From Escherichia coli (lineage in GTDB: Bacteria > Pseudomonadota > Gammaproteobacteria > Enterobacterales > Enterobacteriaceae), in the NCBI RefSeq assembly GCF_030013595.1, contig NZ_CP122768.1: a DNA stretch of 64,000 nucleotides, one strand, 5' to 3'. The position numbers and the translations under genes were made by a program. The stretch's first letter is position 1; each line of letters opens with the position of its first letter. The notes below the pieces were generated by a model. That model ran no database searches. It saw only the letters and a program-made list of their open reading frames with translations, and was not told the origin of the DNA. This document shows, one piece after another, positions 9,447-18,606 of this stretch.

Positions 9447-9758
9447 ATGACGACACCAACCAGACGGATAAGTTTCTATCTGAAGCCCGCCGCCGTCAAG
9501 AACGAAGGCGAAGCATGCGCCTGGCTGGACAGCCTTACACCAGAAGCCCGCAAAAGCGGCCAACGTGTGGCTTTTCTGGCCGGGCTGGCACTTCTGAAAA
9601 TGAATCCGGCAGAGGCTTACCGACTGGCTGCATGGGCTGACGATGAGGCGTTATCAGTGACACAAACCAGGACAGAACGCCCCGCGTCACAGCCAGTACC
9701 AACCACACAGATAACCAGTCGGATGGCCGGAAATATCAGGGCGTTATTTCCCGAATAA
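9447..9758 (+). CDS. parR: ParR/StbB-like centromere-binding protein
   Basis: Starts 4 bp after parM; resembles R1 ParR from memory (FYLKP, AALTAGLAL-type helix, RALFPE C-terminus). Confidence 0.6.
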   Translation: MTTPTRRISFYLKPAAVKNEGEACAWLDSLTPEARKSGQRVAFLAGLALLKMNPAEAYRLAAWADDEALSVTQTRTERPASQPVPTTQITSRMAGNIRALFPE

Positions 9759-9821
9759 CACAACATCAGGGCGCATCCGCCCTGATGACTTTAATCCGGG
9801 AACATAAACAAGGGGGACACA

Positions 9822-10154
9822 ATGCAACACATTGACAGAGAAAAAGCGCAGCGACTGATTGAGCGGATGGAAGCGCTGGCGAAAGAAGAAAATGTCAACA
9901 TCCAAAAAATAGCTGAATGTGGCCAGATAGTTCTTCGTCGTGAAAAAGACCTCAAACAACTGATGTCTGGCGAAACCAGCAAAACATGGACTTCAGGCGA
10001 GGAGACGATTTATTGCAGCTTCTGCAATAAATCTCAGTACGAAGTCACAAAGGTGATTGCCGGACCGTCTGTTTACATCTGCAATGAGTGCGTGGATTTG
10101 TGCAATGAAATTATCAGGAGAGAAGTGACAGACAAAAAGGGAAAAAACGCATGA
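9822..10154 (+). CDS. Small protein with a C-terminal ClpX-type C4 zinc-binding domain
   Basis: [39 protein letters not shown] closely parallels the ClpX N-terminal zinc-binding domain ([40 protein letters not shown]); no AAA+ module follows. Confidence 0.7.
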   Translation: MQHIDREKAQRLIERMEALAKEENVNIQKIAECGQIVLRREKDLKQLMSGETSKTWTSGEETIYCSFCNKSQYEVTKVIAGPSVYICNECVDLCNEIIRREVTDKKGKNA

Positions 10155-10489
10155 ACAGAAAACAAAAACAAGAGTTGAAATACTTTTTACGTAAAGAAAT
10201 TGCCAGGCTTGAAGATGCAGAATCACAATCATCAGAAATTCCGTTCGGAATGGATATCAACGACGCCCGTATGCTCCAGGCATACCGCATAGCTCAGGCT
10301 GCACTACAGGCAAAACCGTCAGATGGACTGGTTAGAGCAGTACGATTCTATGAACTGGTAAAGCGTGAGAATCCGCCAGCCGAAACCGGAGCATGGAAAG
10401 ACGCTGTTGACTGGGTACTCAAAGAGGCTTGTCAGGTTGTAAACACTGGCATCAAAGGAGACCTAGCCCAGCCTGCATCAAAGCTATAG
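10151..10489 (+). CDS. Hypothetical protein translationally coupled to the ClpX-ZBD gene
   Basis: ATGA overlap with upstream stop; 112 aa, no recognised domain. Confidence 0.5.
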   Translation: MNRKQKQELKYFLRKEIARLEDAESQSSEIPFGMDINDARMLQAYRIAQAALQAKPSDGLVRAVRFYELVKRENPPAETGAWKDAVDWVLKEACQVVNTGIKGDLAQPASKL

Positions 10490-10498
10490 AAATGAGCC

Positions 10499-10527
10499 AA
10501 AACGCCCTCTTCCAGGGCGTTTATTTC
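10499..10527 (+). terminator. Rho-independent terminator after the accessory genes
   Basis: GC stem AACGCCCT/AGGGCGTT followed by a T-rich tract. Confidence 0.55.
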
Positions 10528-10980
10528 AATGCACAATAGTGCACAAATTTGCACAATTTTTTTGAACGAATTTTTGCCCTTCCGGCCCGCGTGACAGTTG
10601 GATCCGTCAAGGATCCGTGCGTGCACAAAAAAACGCGCTTTTTCTGCGCGCAGGTGACGGGGGAACAGCCCGCGTTTCAGGGGGTAAATAGCATTCCCTG
10701 AACGATGTCGCAGAGATACAACAGAATGGCTGTATTTCTCACGCTGAGCGTGAAAAAGATGTGAGGGCTTTTGATTTGATGGGGTGAAAGGTAAGGCCGT
10801 CAAAATCGCACTGAGGCGGCGAGAACATACAGTCAACGCGGTAGGATTGCGTAAGAGTCTGACCGTCGATGGTGGCGATAAACTGGAAGGCGTCGTGAAA
10901 TTATCTGATTGATACAGGAGCTGGAGAGTCGGGGCATAAATTTTTTATGCCCCGGCGAAGCAGCAGACAAGCGAAGCGCG

Positions 10981-12027
10981 TCAGGATGTGGGCTGGGTAT
11001 CTAACAGTGCGTAAGGGTTAAAGCGGATCACCTCTTCGCCAAGCCAGTCATTGATGTGCTTCATGGCCTCCATGACGGGCATCAGCTCGTTAATTGCGTA
11101 AACCCGCGCGGCCTTCTCCACATCACCAAACGCACTTTTTTCACCCGGCATCGCTCCCATCAGTTGCGGCGGAACGCGGTGCGCAGCCAGCACATCATCA
11201 CGGGATGCCGCCTTAACATTCATGAACTCATCCTTTGCGGTGATCTGCTGGAACGGCAAAATTTGCACACCTTCTTTGCCCCCGTTGGGCGCATGAATGA
11301 GCACGTTTTTAAATGCACCACCACCACGCGCACCCTGTAACGTTTCTTTCAGGGAGTCCATGCTTTCGCGGTTTACCTGCGCTGCACCGATGTAGATGAT
11401 GCACCCGGCGTGGGATCCGTTGTCGTAATACAGTTTTCTGAACATGTCCGCCGAATGAGACAGGCTGGCCGAGAGTAATGCGCCAAGATATTCCGGCATG
11501 CCGTAAATTTCCTGGTTAATGTCAGGATTCATCAGGTGACACACTTTGCCTGGGCGAAACTGAAACGCATCCTTGCCATCCTGCACATACCACCATGATT
11601 CAAGATCGCTTCCGCGTCGCATGTATTTCGCCAGGGCGTGCCGTAATTTAAGCGGTTCGCCGAGCATATTGCTTCGAAGCTCAAGGAATGCGTTACCGAA
11701 CACAAACCAGTCCAGCGCCAGCGCCGAGAAATCCTGCCGGGAAAGCAGCGGGTGCGGAATATAGCAGCCGAGCAATACATTGCGCTTAAAGTAAAGCGCA
11801 GACTGATGCCAGGACGTTTGCCGGGCAGCTCTTGCCAGACCGTACCAGTCTACCGGGGTTTCATACCACCGCCCGTTATCAGCACAGTACATATTGTCCA
11901 GCAGGTCATGCCCGGTCAGGCGATAAGGACCATCAAATGTGAATGCACTGAGCGATGATTCTTTCCTGAGCGCATCAGCGAGATCAATGCGTGAACTCAT
12001 GCGCACTTTTTTATTTTTTCTGCTCAT
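10981..12027 (-). CDS. Q: Portal protein (P2 gpQ)
   Basis: 348-aa ORF matching P2 Q in size and position, divergent from O. Confidence 0.85.
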   Translation of the reverse strand: MSRKNKKVRMSSRIDLADALRKESSLSAFTFDGPYRLTGHDLLDNMYCADNGRWYETPVDWYGLARAARQTSWHQSALYFKRNVLLGCYIPHPLLSRQDFSALALDWFVFGNAFLELRSNMLGEPLKLRHALAKYMRRGSDLESWWYVQDGKDAFQFRPGKVCHLMNPDINQEIYGMPEYLGALLSASLSHSADMFRKLYYDNGSHAGCIIYIGAAQVNRESMDSLKETLQGARGGGAFKNVLIHAPNGGKEGVQILPFQQITAKDEFMNVKAASRDDVLAAHRVPPQLMGAMPGEKSAFGDVEKAARVYAINELMPVMEAMKHINDWLGEEVIRFNPYALLDTQPTS

Positions 12028-13778
12028 CAGAACTCCATAACCGTGAAACGCTCGTTTTCTCCTTCGCCGCCAATTGGTTCGTTAATGACAGCAAGCATGG
12101 TTGCCCACGCAAGGTCGCCGTGGCTGATCCCCCTCGCGCGGTCCGTTTCGTAAGTGATAAAGCCGCCCGGTGTTTTCACCTTACGCACGGCGTTAAAGGC
12201 CGCGACCAGCTCGCGTTCGGCGCGATCGTATTCCCACCGTCCGGCACGCATTATTTGCAGCATTTTCAGTACCAGCGACCGTTTGGATGACAGCGTGAAG
12301 GTGTACGGAATAGCAGCAGGGAAAAACCGCTTCACTATCTGATAAACAGCCTCCCCGTTCCCGCCCGTCACATCAATGCCGATGTGTTCCACGTTGTAGC
12401 GACACGTGAACTCTTCAATGACTCTGGCCTGTTCTTCAAACTCCAGCCCCTGAACGCGTCGCGTCTCCACCGTTCGAAAACGGCCACCAGGAACAGCCGG
12501 AGGAACCACCACGGACACAGCGCCGCTGTCGCCGTTGCCACTGCTGCCGTTTGCGTCATACCCAATCCATACCGGACGATTCCCCATCGGGCGGGGAGCA
12601 AAAGGTTTCCAGTCTTTCCAGTCGTCGTATCCGTCAACACCGCAGCCAATCAGGATATTCAGGTTAAATGCCGATTCCCCTTCGCGAACAAACTCACACA
12701 TATAGAGATTGAGGAACTCGTCTTCGGTGTTTTCATCACGGATTTCGTCAATATCGGTGTGTTTCCAGCCGTGATTAACCACATCTTCCAGCGTGACAAT
12801 TTGCCGCCACGTCCGGTCAGGGCAGATAAGCCCGTTATGCAGCGTTTTCCAGTCCACAGAAAAACGCTGGCGTTTATGCGCGGCCTTTTTCTCGTTCCAG
12901 CGGTCGCCGTTCCAGTAGACGTATGCCTCGTGCGTTTCGGTTGATGGCGTGGAGAAGTAGGTGCGCCGCAGTCCGCTGAGGGTTGCCATAGCGCCAGCCA
13001 CCTTGCGCAGTTCAGCAAAGCGACTGACCCAGAAAAATTCATCAAAATAAAAATTGCCTGTGTAGGACTGTGCCGTCGCAGCAGAAGTACCGAGAAAATG
13101 CAGTTCTGCGCCGTTGGAGAGGATGATTTTATCGCCCCCTTTCAGCTCCACATCAACTTCAGCCGCGGCCTTCTGAATAATGCTTTTAAACTGGAACGCC
13201 TGACGACGCGACGCAGACAAAAAAATCTGGTTACGCTGGTAAGGTTGTGCCACATCGTCACGCAGCGCCATCAGCAGTGCTTCCTGTGCAAAATACCAGG
13301 TCGCCCCAATCTGTCGGGATTTCAGGATCATCCTGTTACGTATCCCGGCTTCACTGCAAAGGGTCAGGGAGTCAAACCAGCCCCGCTGATGCCACTCCAG
13401 CCTGCTGATGATTTTTTCCCGCAGTGCGGCAATCTGCTCCGGCGTGAAATGATTTTTAAGTTTTTTCGCCCGGCCTTTCTTTCCTGTGGCCGTCGCATCC
13501 GGCTGGCCATCATGCAGTTTTTTAAGCTGCCGGGTCAGCAGGTCTATTTCCTTAAAGTCACCACCTGTTTTATTCTGTTTTTCAGTAAGCTGGATGAGGC
13601 GCGCATCGATGGACTGCGTGACACGCTGCACGGGTGGCGTTTCATCCCACTGGTCGCGTTTTTTCCACGCATAAATCGTGTTCGGGTTTATTCCCATCAG
13701 ACGTGATATTTCTGCGGGCGGATAACCCTGCCAGTAAAGTTGCCGCGCACGCTGGCGCACAAAAGCGTCCTGAATCAT
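12027..13778 (-). CDS. P: Terminase large (ATPase) subunit (P2 gpP)
   Basis: 583-aa ORF directly upstream of Q on the same strand; P2 P family. Confidence 0.85.
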   Translation of the reverse strand: MIQDAFVRQRARQLYWQGYPPAEISRLMGINPNTIYAWKKRDQWDETPPVQRVTQSIDARLIQLTEKQNKTGGDFKEIDLLTRQLKKLHDGQPDATATGKKGRAKKLKNHFTPEQIAALREKIISRLEWHQRGWFDSLTLCSEAGIRNRMILKSRQIGATWYFAQEALLMALRDDVAQPYQRNQIFLSASRRQAFQFKSIIQKAAAEVDVELKGGDKIILSNGAELHFLGTSAATAQSYTGNFYFDEFFWVSRFAELRKVAGAMATLSGLRRTYFSTPSTETHEAYVYWNGDRWNEKKAAHKRQRFSVDWKTLHNGLICPDRTWRQIVTLEDVVNHGWKHTDIDEIRDENTEDEFLNLYMCEFVREGESAFNLNILIGCGVDGYDDWKDWKPFAPRPMGNRPVWIGYDANGSSGNGDSGAVSVVVPPAVPGGRFRTVETRRVQGLEFEEQARVIEEFTCRYNVEHIGIDVTGGNGEAVYQIVKRFFPAAIPYTFTLSSKRSLVLKMLQIMRAGRWEYDRAERELVAAFNAVRKVKTPGGFITYETDRARGISHGDLAWATMLAVINEPIGGEGENERFTVMEF

Positions 13779-13932
13779 TGCTCCCCCTGAGTAATTACAG
13801 GAAGATTACCCGCGCGCGAAACCGTTCTCCTTAACCCCCTGTTCTGGCCGTTTTCTTACAACAAAAGCCCTTTGTATCAGCCTGTTACGCTTTGCCATCA
13901 TGACTGAAGAACCAGTCAGAGGGGCAAAAACT

Positions 13933-14769
13933 ATGGCTAATGAAAAAAAGACATCCCGCAAAAAGTTTCGCGTGGCTGTCTCCGGATCAACTGTTGATGG
14001 CCGTGAAATCAGTCCGGTGCATCTGCGTGAAGCCGCCGAGAACTTCAACCCGGATGTTTACGCTGCCCGCGTGAACGTTGAGCACTATCTCTCGCCATGC
14101 CCGTCAAGCGAATTTTCCGCAATGGGCGATGTCACCGCACTGAGTACGGAAGACATTACGGAAGGTCCGCTGGCCGGACGTACTGCGCTGTATGCAGAAA
14201 TCGAACCGACCGAGCGCATGAAGCAGCTTGTCGCGGACGGCAAGAAAATCTATTCCAGTATCGAACTGCACCCGCAGTTCTCCGTTAACGGGCGCGCCTA
14301 TCTGGTCGGGCTGGCGATGACCGACACCCCGGCAAGCCTGGGCACTGAGCGCCTGAAATTCACGGCACAGCAACGTCAGGCGGTGATGACGTTCAACAGT
14401 GTCCAGGGTGAAGCACCGCTCATTTCCGAAGCCATCGAGTCTGAAATCATCGAAATGGCAGAACAACGCCAGGAAGAAGGCACCCAGTGGTTTAACCGCG
14501 TAATGGGGATTATTGGTCGTGGCCGCAAAGCGGATGACGCCAGTTTCTCCCGTATTCAGGAAGCGGTGGAAGGCGTCGCAACGTCACAGGCCGACATTAT
14601 CGACCGTTTTAATGTGCTGGAAACCCGCCATCAGCAGGACCGCCAGAAAATCACGTCACTGACCACAGAGCTGACAGCACTGAAGGAAAAACTGCGCACG
14701 CAGGACGGCGATCCGCAGAACCGCTTCACCGCAACGGGCGCAGCCTCCGACCAGCTGGCTGACTTCTGA
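13933..14769 (+). CDS. O: Capsid scaffolding protein (P2 gpO)
   Basis: Resembles P2 O N-terminus (FRVAVSGSTVDGREIS...VNVEHYL); ORF open from 13900. Confidence 0.8.
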   Translation: MANEKKTSRKKFRVAVSGSTVDGREISPVHLREAAENFNPDVYAARVNVEHYLSPCPSSEFSAMGDVTALSTEDITEGPLAGRTALYAEIEPTERMKQLVADGKKIYSSIELHPQFSVNGRAYLVGLAMTDTPASLGTERLKFTAQQRQAVMTFNSVQGEAPLISEAIESEIIEMAEQRQEEGTQWFNRVMGIIGRGRKADDASFSRIQEAVEGVATSQADIIDRFNVLETRHQQDRQKITSLTTELTALKEKLRTQDGDPQNRFTATGAASDQLADF

Positions 14770-14791
14770 TAAGACAAAGGAGCAAATTTTT

Positions 14792-15844
14792 ATGAATCTG
14801 GTGATGTCAGATATTACCCGCAACAAGCTGGGTTGCTATATGGCGCAGCAGGCGTCGCTTAACAATATCCCGGTATCTGCACTGGTATCGCGATTTACCG
14901 TAGAACCCTCGGTGCAGCAGCGTTTTGAAAACGCAGTAAAGGAGAGCACTGAATTTACAAAAAAAATTAACGTGTTCGGTGTGACTGACCAGAAAGGCGA
15001 AAAAATCCTCCTTGACACCACCGGGCCGATTGCGCGCACGAATACCAGTTATGACGGCACAAAACGCCGTAACCCGAATAACGTGGTTGATCTGAAAAAC
15101 CGCAAATACCAGTGCGAACAGGTGAACTACGACACGTTTATTTCGTATCCGCAGCTTGATGCCTGGGCGGCACACCCTGATTTTCAGTCCCGCGTCAGCA
15201 CACAGATTGCCCGGCAGGTGGCGCTTGACCGCATCATGATCGGTTTCAACGGCACGTCTCACGCAGATGAGTCCAACTTCAGCACTAACAAGCTGCTTCA
15301 GGACGTTAACGTGGGATGGCTGGAGCACATCAGAACCGACGCCAGCGAGCGCGTTATGAATGATGTAACGCTGACCTCCCGCAACATGGACAACACCGTG
15401 GCGCACGCGGGTAAATATGCGAACGCTGATGCACTGGTACAGGACGCGCGCTCATCCCTGCTGGATGAATGGCACAAGGAAGCTGACGACCTCGTGGTGA
15501 TTATGGGGCGCAACCTGTTTAACTCGCTGCGTCTGCCCGTGCTGAACAGCATCAGCGGCCAGAATCCCAATGCGGAATTACTTGCCGGACAGCTCATCCT
15601 GTCATCGCGCGCCATTGGCGGGCTGGATGTATTCCTTGCGCCGTTCTTCCCGGATGCAACGATGCTGATCACCTCGTTCAACAACCTGTCAATTTACTGG
15701 CAGAAAGGAACAATGCGTCGCCTGATGAAAGACGAGCCGGAATACAACCGCATCGCCACCTACCAGTCCATCAATGACGCTTATGTCGTTGAAGACTATG
15801 GCAAGTGCGCGATGGTCACTGGCCTGAAGTTCGCCGACAGCTAA
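14792..15844 (+). CDS. N: Major capsid protein (P2 gpN)
   Basis: 350 aa; conserved blocks FTVEPSV, MIGFNG, LVVIMGR, NLSIYW as in P2 N. Confidence 0.9.
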   Translation: MNLVMSDITRNKLGCYMAQQASLNNIPVSALVSRFTVEPSVQQRFENAVKESTEFTKKINVFGVTDQKGEKILLDTTGPIARTNTSYDGTKRRNPNNVVDLKNRKYQCEQVNYDTFISYPQLDAWAAHPDFQSRVSTQIARQVALDRIMIGFNGTSHADESNFSTNKLLQDVNVGWLEHIRTDASERVMNDVTLTSRNMDNTVAHAGKYANADALVQDARSSLLDEWHKEADDLVVIMGRNLFNSLRLPVLNSISGQNPNAELLAGQLILSSRAIGGLDVFLAPFFPDATMLITSFNNLSIYWQKGTMRRLMKDEPEYNRIATYQSINDAYVVEDYGKCAMVTGLKFADS

Positions 15845-15889
15845 TCACCTCACGGCGGGCATCATGCCCGCCTGTAACGGAGAGAAAAA

Positions 15890-16690
15890 ATGATTACTCC
15901 TGCACAGCAACACTGGCAGAACGTGATGGCACAGCGCGCAGGCCGGGCGAATGAAGGCGTGGACCACGCCGCGCGTACCGCGCATGAAGAGGTGCTGTAT
16001 CGTCTGCGTCTGGCACAGGCCCGGCTTAAGGGCGTACAGGCCAGAAGCGCGAAAGCCGCCATCAAAAAAGAGTTATTGCCGGACTTTTCCGGCTGGATTG
16101 AGGGAACGCTGGAGGCTGACGGCGGGCAGCAGGATGAAGTGATTGCCACGCTGATGGTCTGGGCGATTGACTGCGGCGATCTTCCGCTGGCGCTGCGTAT
16201 TGGTGCATATGTGGTCCGTCACAACCTCATCATGCCGGATAACTTTGGACGTACTGCTGCCACGGTACTGACCGAAGAAATCTGTAATCCGGTACTGACG
16301 CAGGCCGGGACGGATGCCGACGCGGATTTGTCCGCCTTTATCGAACCACTGGACACCCTCCGGGAGATTGTCACCGACCAGGACATGCCGGACGAAGTGC
16401 GCGCCAAATTATGCAAAGCGTGCGCCTTTGCCCGCCGTGGCCTGAGTGATACGGACAGCATGGCCCTGTCACTGAAGCTGCTGCGCGAAGCAATGCACCT
16501 GAACCCGAACGCAGGTGTGAAACGCGAGATTGCAACCCTTTCCCGCGCCCTGAAAAAAGCCGATTCCGCAGCCGCACCAGAAGACGCCAGCGCACAGCAG
16601 ACGCAGGACGAAAGCAGCAAAAGTAAAAAGACAACGCGGAAGCCTGCAACACGAAAAACCACCGCGACGCAGAAGGCGAAGCGCGGTTAA
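15890..16690 (+). CDS. M: Terminase small/endonuclease subunit (P2 gpM)
   Basis: Conserved KKELLP, DMPDEVRAKL, AGVKREI blocks of P2 M. Confidence 0.85.
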   Translation: MITPAQQHWQNVMAQRAGRANEGVDHAARTAHEEVLYRLRLAQARLKGVQARSAKAAIKKELLPDFSGWIEGTLEADGGQQDEVIATLMVWAIDCGDLPLALRIGAYVVRHNLIMPDNFGRTAATVLTEEICNPVLTQAGTDADADLSAFIEPLDTLREIVTDQDMPDEVRAKLCKACAFARRGLSDTDSMALSLKLLREAMHLNPNAGVKREIATLSRALKKADSAAAPEDASAQQTQDESSKSKKTTRKPATRKTTATQKAKRG

Positions 16691-16783
16691 CGACTGACCC
16701 CGTCAGCGGGCGGCGTGCGCGGTGTTCCGGTTTGACTCCGTGACCGTTTACACCGCGCACCCACCGCCCGATTTTTTTCAGGA

Positions 16784-17287
16784 GTGAACCCCATGAGTAT
16801 GGTTGCCAGAACTGAACCCAGACCCGCAGAGGACGACATCACCGATACCGATGATGGCGATACCCGCATTTCAGCGGGTGCATTCTGGCCGGATATTGTG
16901 CTGCGCGAGCTGCGTCTGGCGGTACGACTGCCGGGCCGCGTGACCACCTCCCGCCTGCTACATACTGCCACCGGGGCTGTGGCACACGTTACCCGCGAGC
17001 TGGAAGCATGGCAGCAGGAACAGCAGGCAGCTGGCCATCAGACGCTGGCCGATGTTCCGGCACCCGTAATTAACGGAGAAAGCGTCAATCTCTGGCACTG
17101 GCGCAATGCTGTTTATACCGCCACGCGCGCCCTGATTCTGGAGCGTTACCGCGATGCGGACACAACGGATAAGGGCGACCGCCGGGCGGACGCACTGGAT
17201 ATACAGACATCGGATTTGTGGCGCGATGTGAGCTGGGCCATCTCTGACATTCTGCGCCGCCCGCGAATTTTTGCGGAGCTGTGCTGA
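16784..17287 (+). CDS. L: Capsid completion protein (P2 gpL)
   Basis: C-terminal LWRDVSWA...RRPRI matches P2 L. Confidence 0.85.
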   Translation: MNPMSMVARTEPRPAEDDITDTDDGDTRISAGAFWPDIVLRELRLAVRLPGRVTTSRLLHTATGAVAHVTRELEAWQQEQQAAGHQTLADVPAPVINGESVNLWHWRNAVYTATRALILERYRDADTTDKGDRRADALDIQTSDLWRDVSWAISDILRRPRIFAELC

Positions 17288-17487
17288 TGAAAGTGAAGGC
17301 ACTGGAAGGCGACACCGTGGATTCGCTCTGTTTCCGGTACTACGGCACGACGCAGGGCGTCACCGAAAAGGTGCTGGATGCCAACCCCGGACTCTGTCAG
17401 CAGGTATTTCTGGACGCCGGGCAGGACGTGGAGATGCCGGAGCCGGAGAAGAAGAAACGAGAAATGATTCAGTTGTGGGGGGAGTAG
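17287..17487 (+). CDS. X: Tail protein X (P2 gpX)
   Basis: MKVKALEGDTVDSLCFRYYGTTQGV...ANPGL parallels P2 X. Confidence 0.85.
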   Translation: MKVKALEGDTVDSLCFRYYGTTQGVTEKVLDANPGLCQQVFLDAGQDVEMPEPEKKKREMIQLWGE

Positions 17488-17489
17488 CA

Positions 17490-17813
17490 GTGAGCACCAT
17501 TCAAACAGGGATCACAGAGCAGGTTATTGCGTGGCTCTTTGACCACCTGCCAACGGTGTATGCAGTAGGCGCGGCGGTCAGCATTTCCGCGCTGATGAGT
17601 CTTTATGACGGACGAACACTGGTTCAGACCGTAACGGGATCGCTGGCGTGCGGCGTTCTTGCCATGGCCGTGGCCGGGTCGTTGCGCTTCTTCGGGTTTC
17701 CTGAAGATGCCGTGACGTTTATCGGCGCATCAATCGGTTTTATGGGCGCAGAGAAAGCACGCGACAAGGTTATTGCGGCCTTTAATCGCAGGGTGAAGGG
17801 GAAGGACGAATGA
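17490..17813 (+). CDS. Y: Holin (gpY position)
   Basis: GTG start with GGGGGAG ribosome-binding site; small protein with hydrophobic helices directly before the endolysin. Confidence 0.65.
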   Translation: MSTIQTGITEQVIAWLFDHLPTVYAVGAAVSISALMSLYDGRTLVQTVTGSLACGVLAMAVAGSLRFFGFPEDAVTFIGASIGFMGAEKARDKVIAAFNRRVKGKDE

Positions 17814-18202
17814 GCAACACATTTAAATTCAGCAGTCGGAGCGAAAAGAATTTGCAGGGCGTAAATCCTGATCTGGTGAAAGTGACCCGACGGGCACTGG
17901 AAATTTCGGAAGTGGATTTTGGTATCACCGAAGGGTTGCGCAGCCGTTACCGCCAGAAGCAACTTGTGGCCACAGGTAAGAGCCAGACCATGAACAGCCG
18001 CCACCTTACGGGACATGCCGTGGATGTTGTGGCTTATATCGGCAGCCAGGTGTCATGGGAATGGCCGCTGTACGAAAAAATCGCAGCAGCATTCAGACAG
18101 GCCAGCCGGGAGCTGAATATTCCGGTGGAATGGGGCGGCGACTGGAAGACCCTGAAAGACGGACCGCATTTTCAGTTACCACACGGAGCCTATCCGGCAT
18201 GA
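17810..18202 (+). CDS. Endolysin, peptidase M15 family (L-alanyl-D-glutamate peptidase-like)
   Basis: SRHLTGHAVDV...VEWGGDW motif arrangement typical of zinc D-Ala-D-Ala carboxypeptidase-like phage lysins; occupies the P2 K position. Confidence 0.7.
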   Translation: MSNTFKFSSRSEKNLQGVNPDLVKVTRRALEISEVDFGITEGLRSRYRQKQLVATGKSQTMNSRHLTGHAVDVVAYIGSQVSWEWPLYEKIAAAFRQASRELNIPVEWGGDWKTLKDGPHFQLPHGAYPA

Positions 18203-18606
18203 AGCTCTGGCCCACGCTGGGTGTCGCTTTCCTTCTGATTGCCGCATGGGGAACATCCATGCGTCTGTCATGGTCGCTGGGCCGGGAGAACGCCAGAAAC
18301 GAAGCGCAGGCCAGCACCCTGAAACGTACCGCCGACACCCTGAATATCATCAGCGCCGGGGTACAGGATATGCAGCAGGTGCTGGCGCAACTCCGCGTGG
18401 AAAATCAGCAACGCAATCAGGACGGAGAGGTAAGACGTGAACAGCTACGCAACGATATTGCAAAAGATGAATGCGCCCACGCTTTGCCTGACGCTCGTTT
18501 TACTGACAGGCTGCGCAGGCACGCAGAACGCGCCACTGCCAGCGCCGTCAGTCCGGCTTATACCGCAGACGCTGACCATACCGGTAACGCCGCCCCCCTT
18601 CCCTGA
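18199..18606 (+). CDS. i-spanin (LysB/Rz-like)
   Basis: N-terminal transmembrane segment followed by coiled-coil; overlaps the embedded lipoprotein gene. Confidence 0.6.
   Translation: MKLWPTLGVAFLLIAAWGTSMRLSWSLGRENARNEAQASTLKRTADTLNIISAGVQDMQQVLAQLRVENQQRNQDGEVRREQLRNDIAKDECAHALPDARFTDRLRRHAERATASAVSPAYTADADHTGNAAPLP

Noticed and set aside
10432-10836. 134-aa minus-strand ORF in the interval before the portal gene
   Set aside because: No ribosome-binding site, no homology recognised, and the region is better explained as the noncoding cos/packaging region.
13779-13932. Ogr-dependent late promoter element (TGT-n12-ACA) in the P/O divergent region
   Set aside because: The only TGT...ACA dyad I could find has about 15-bp spacing rather than 12, so I do not call it.
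16219-16971. Minus-strand ORFs of 94-147 aa across gene M and the M/L junction
   Set aside because: Antisense to conserved P2 late genes; Ser/Arg/Ala-rich translations without motifs.
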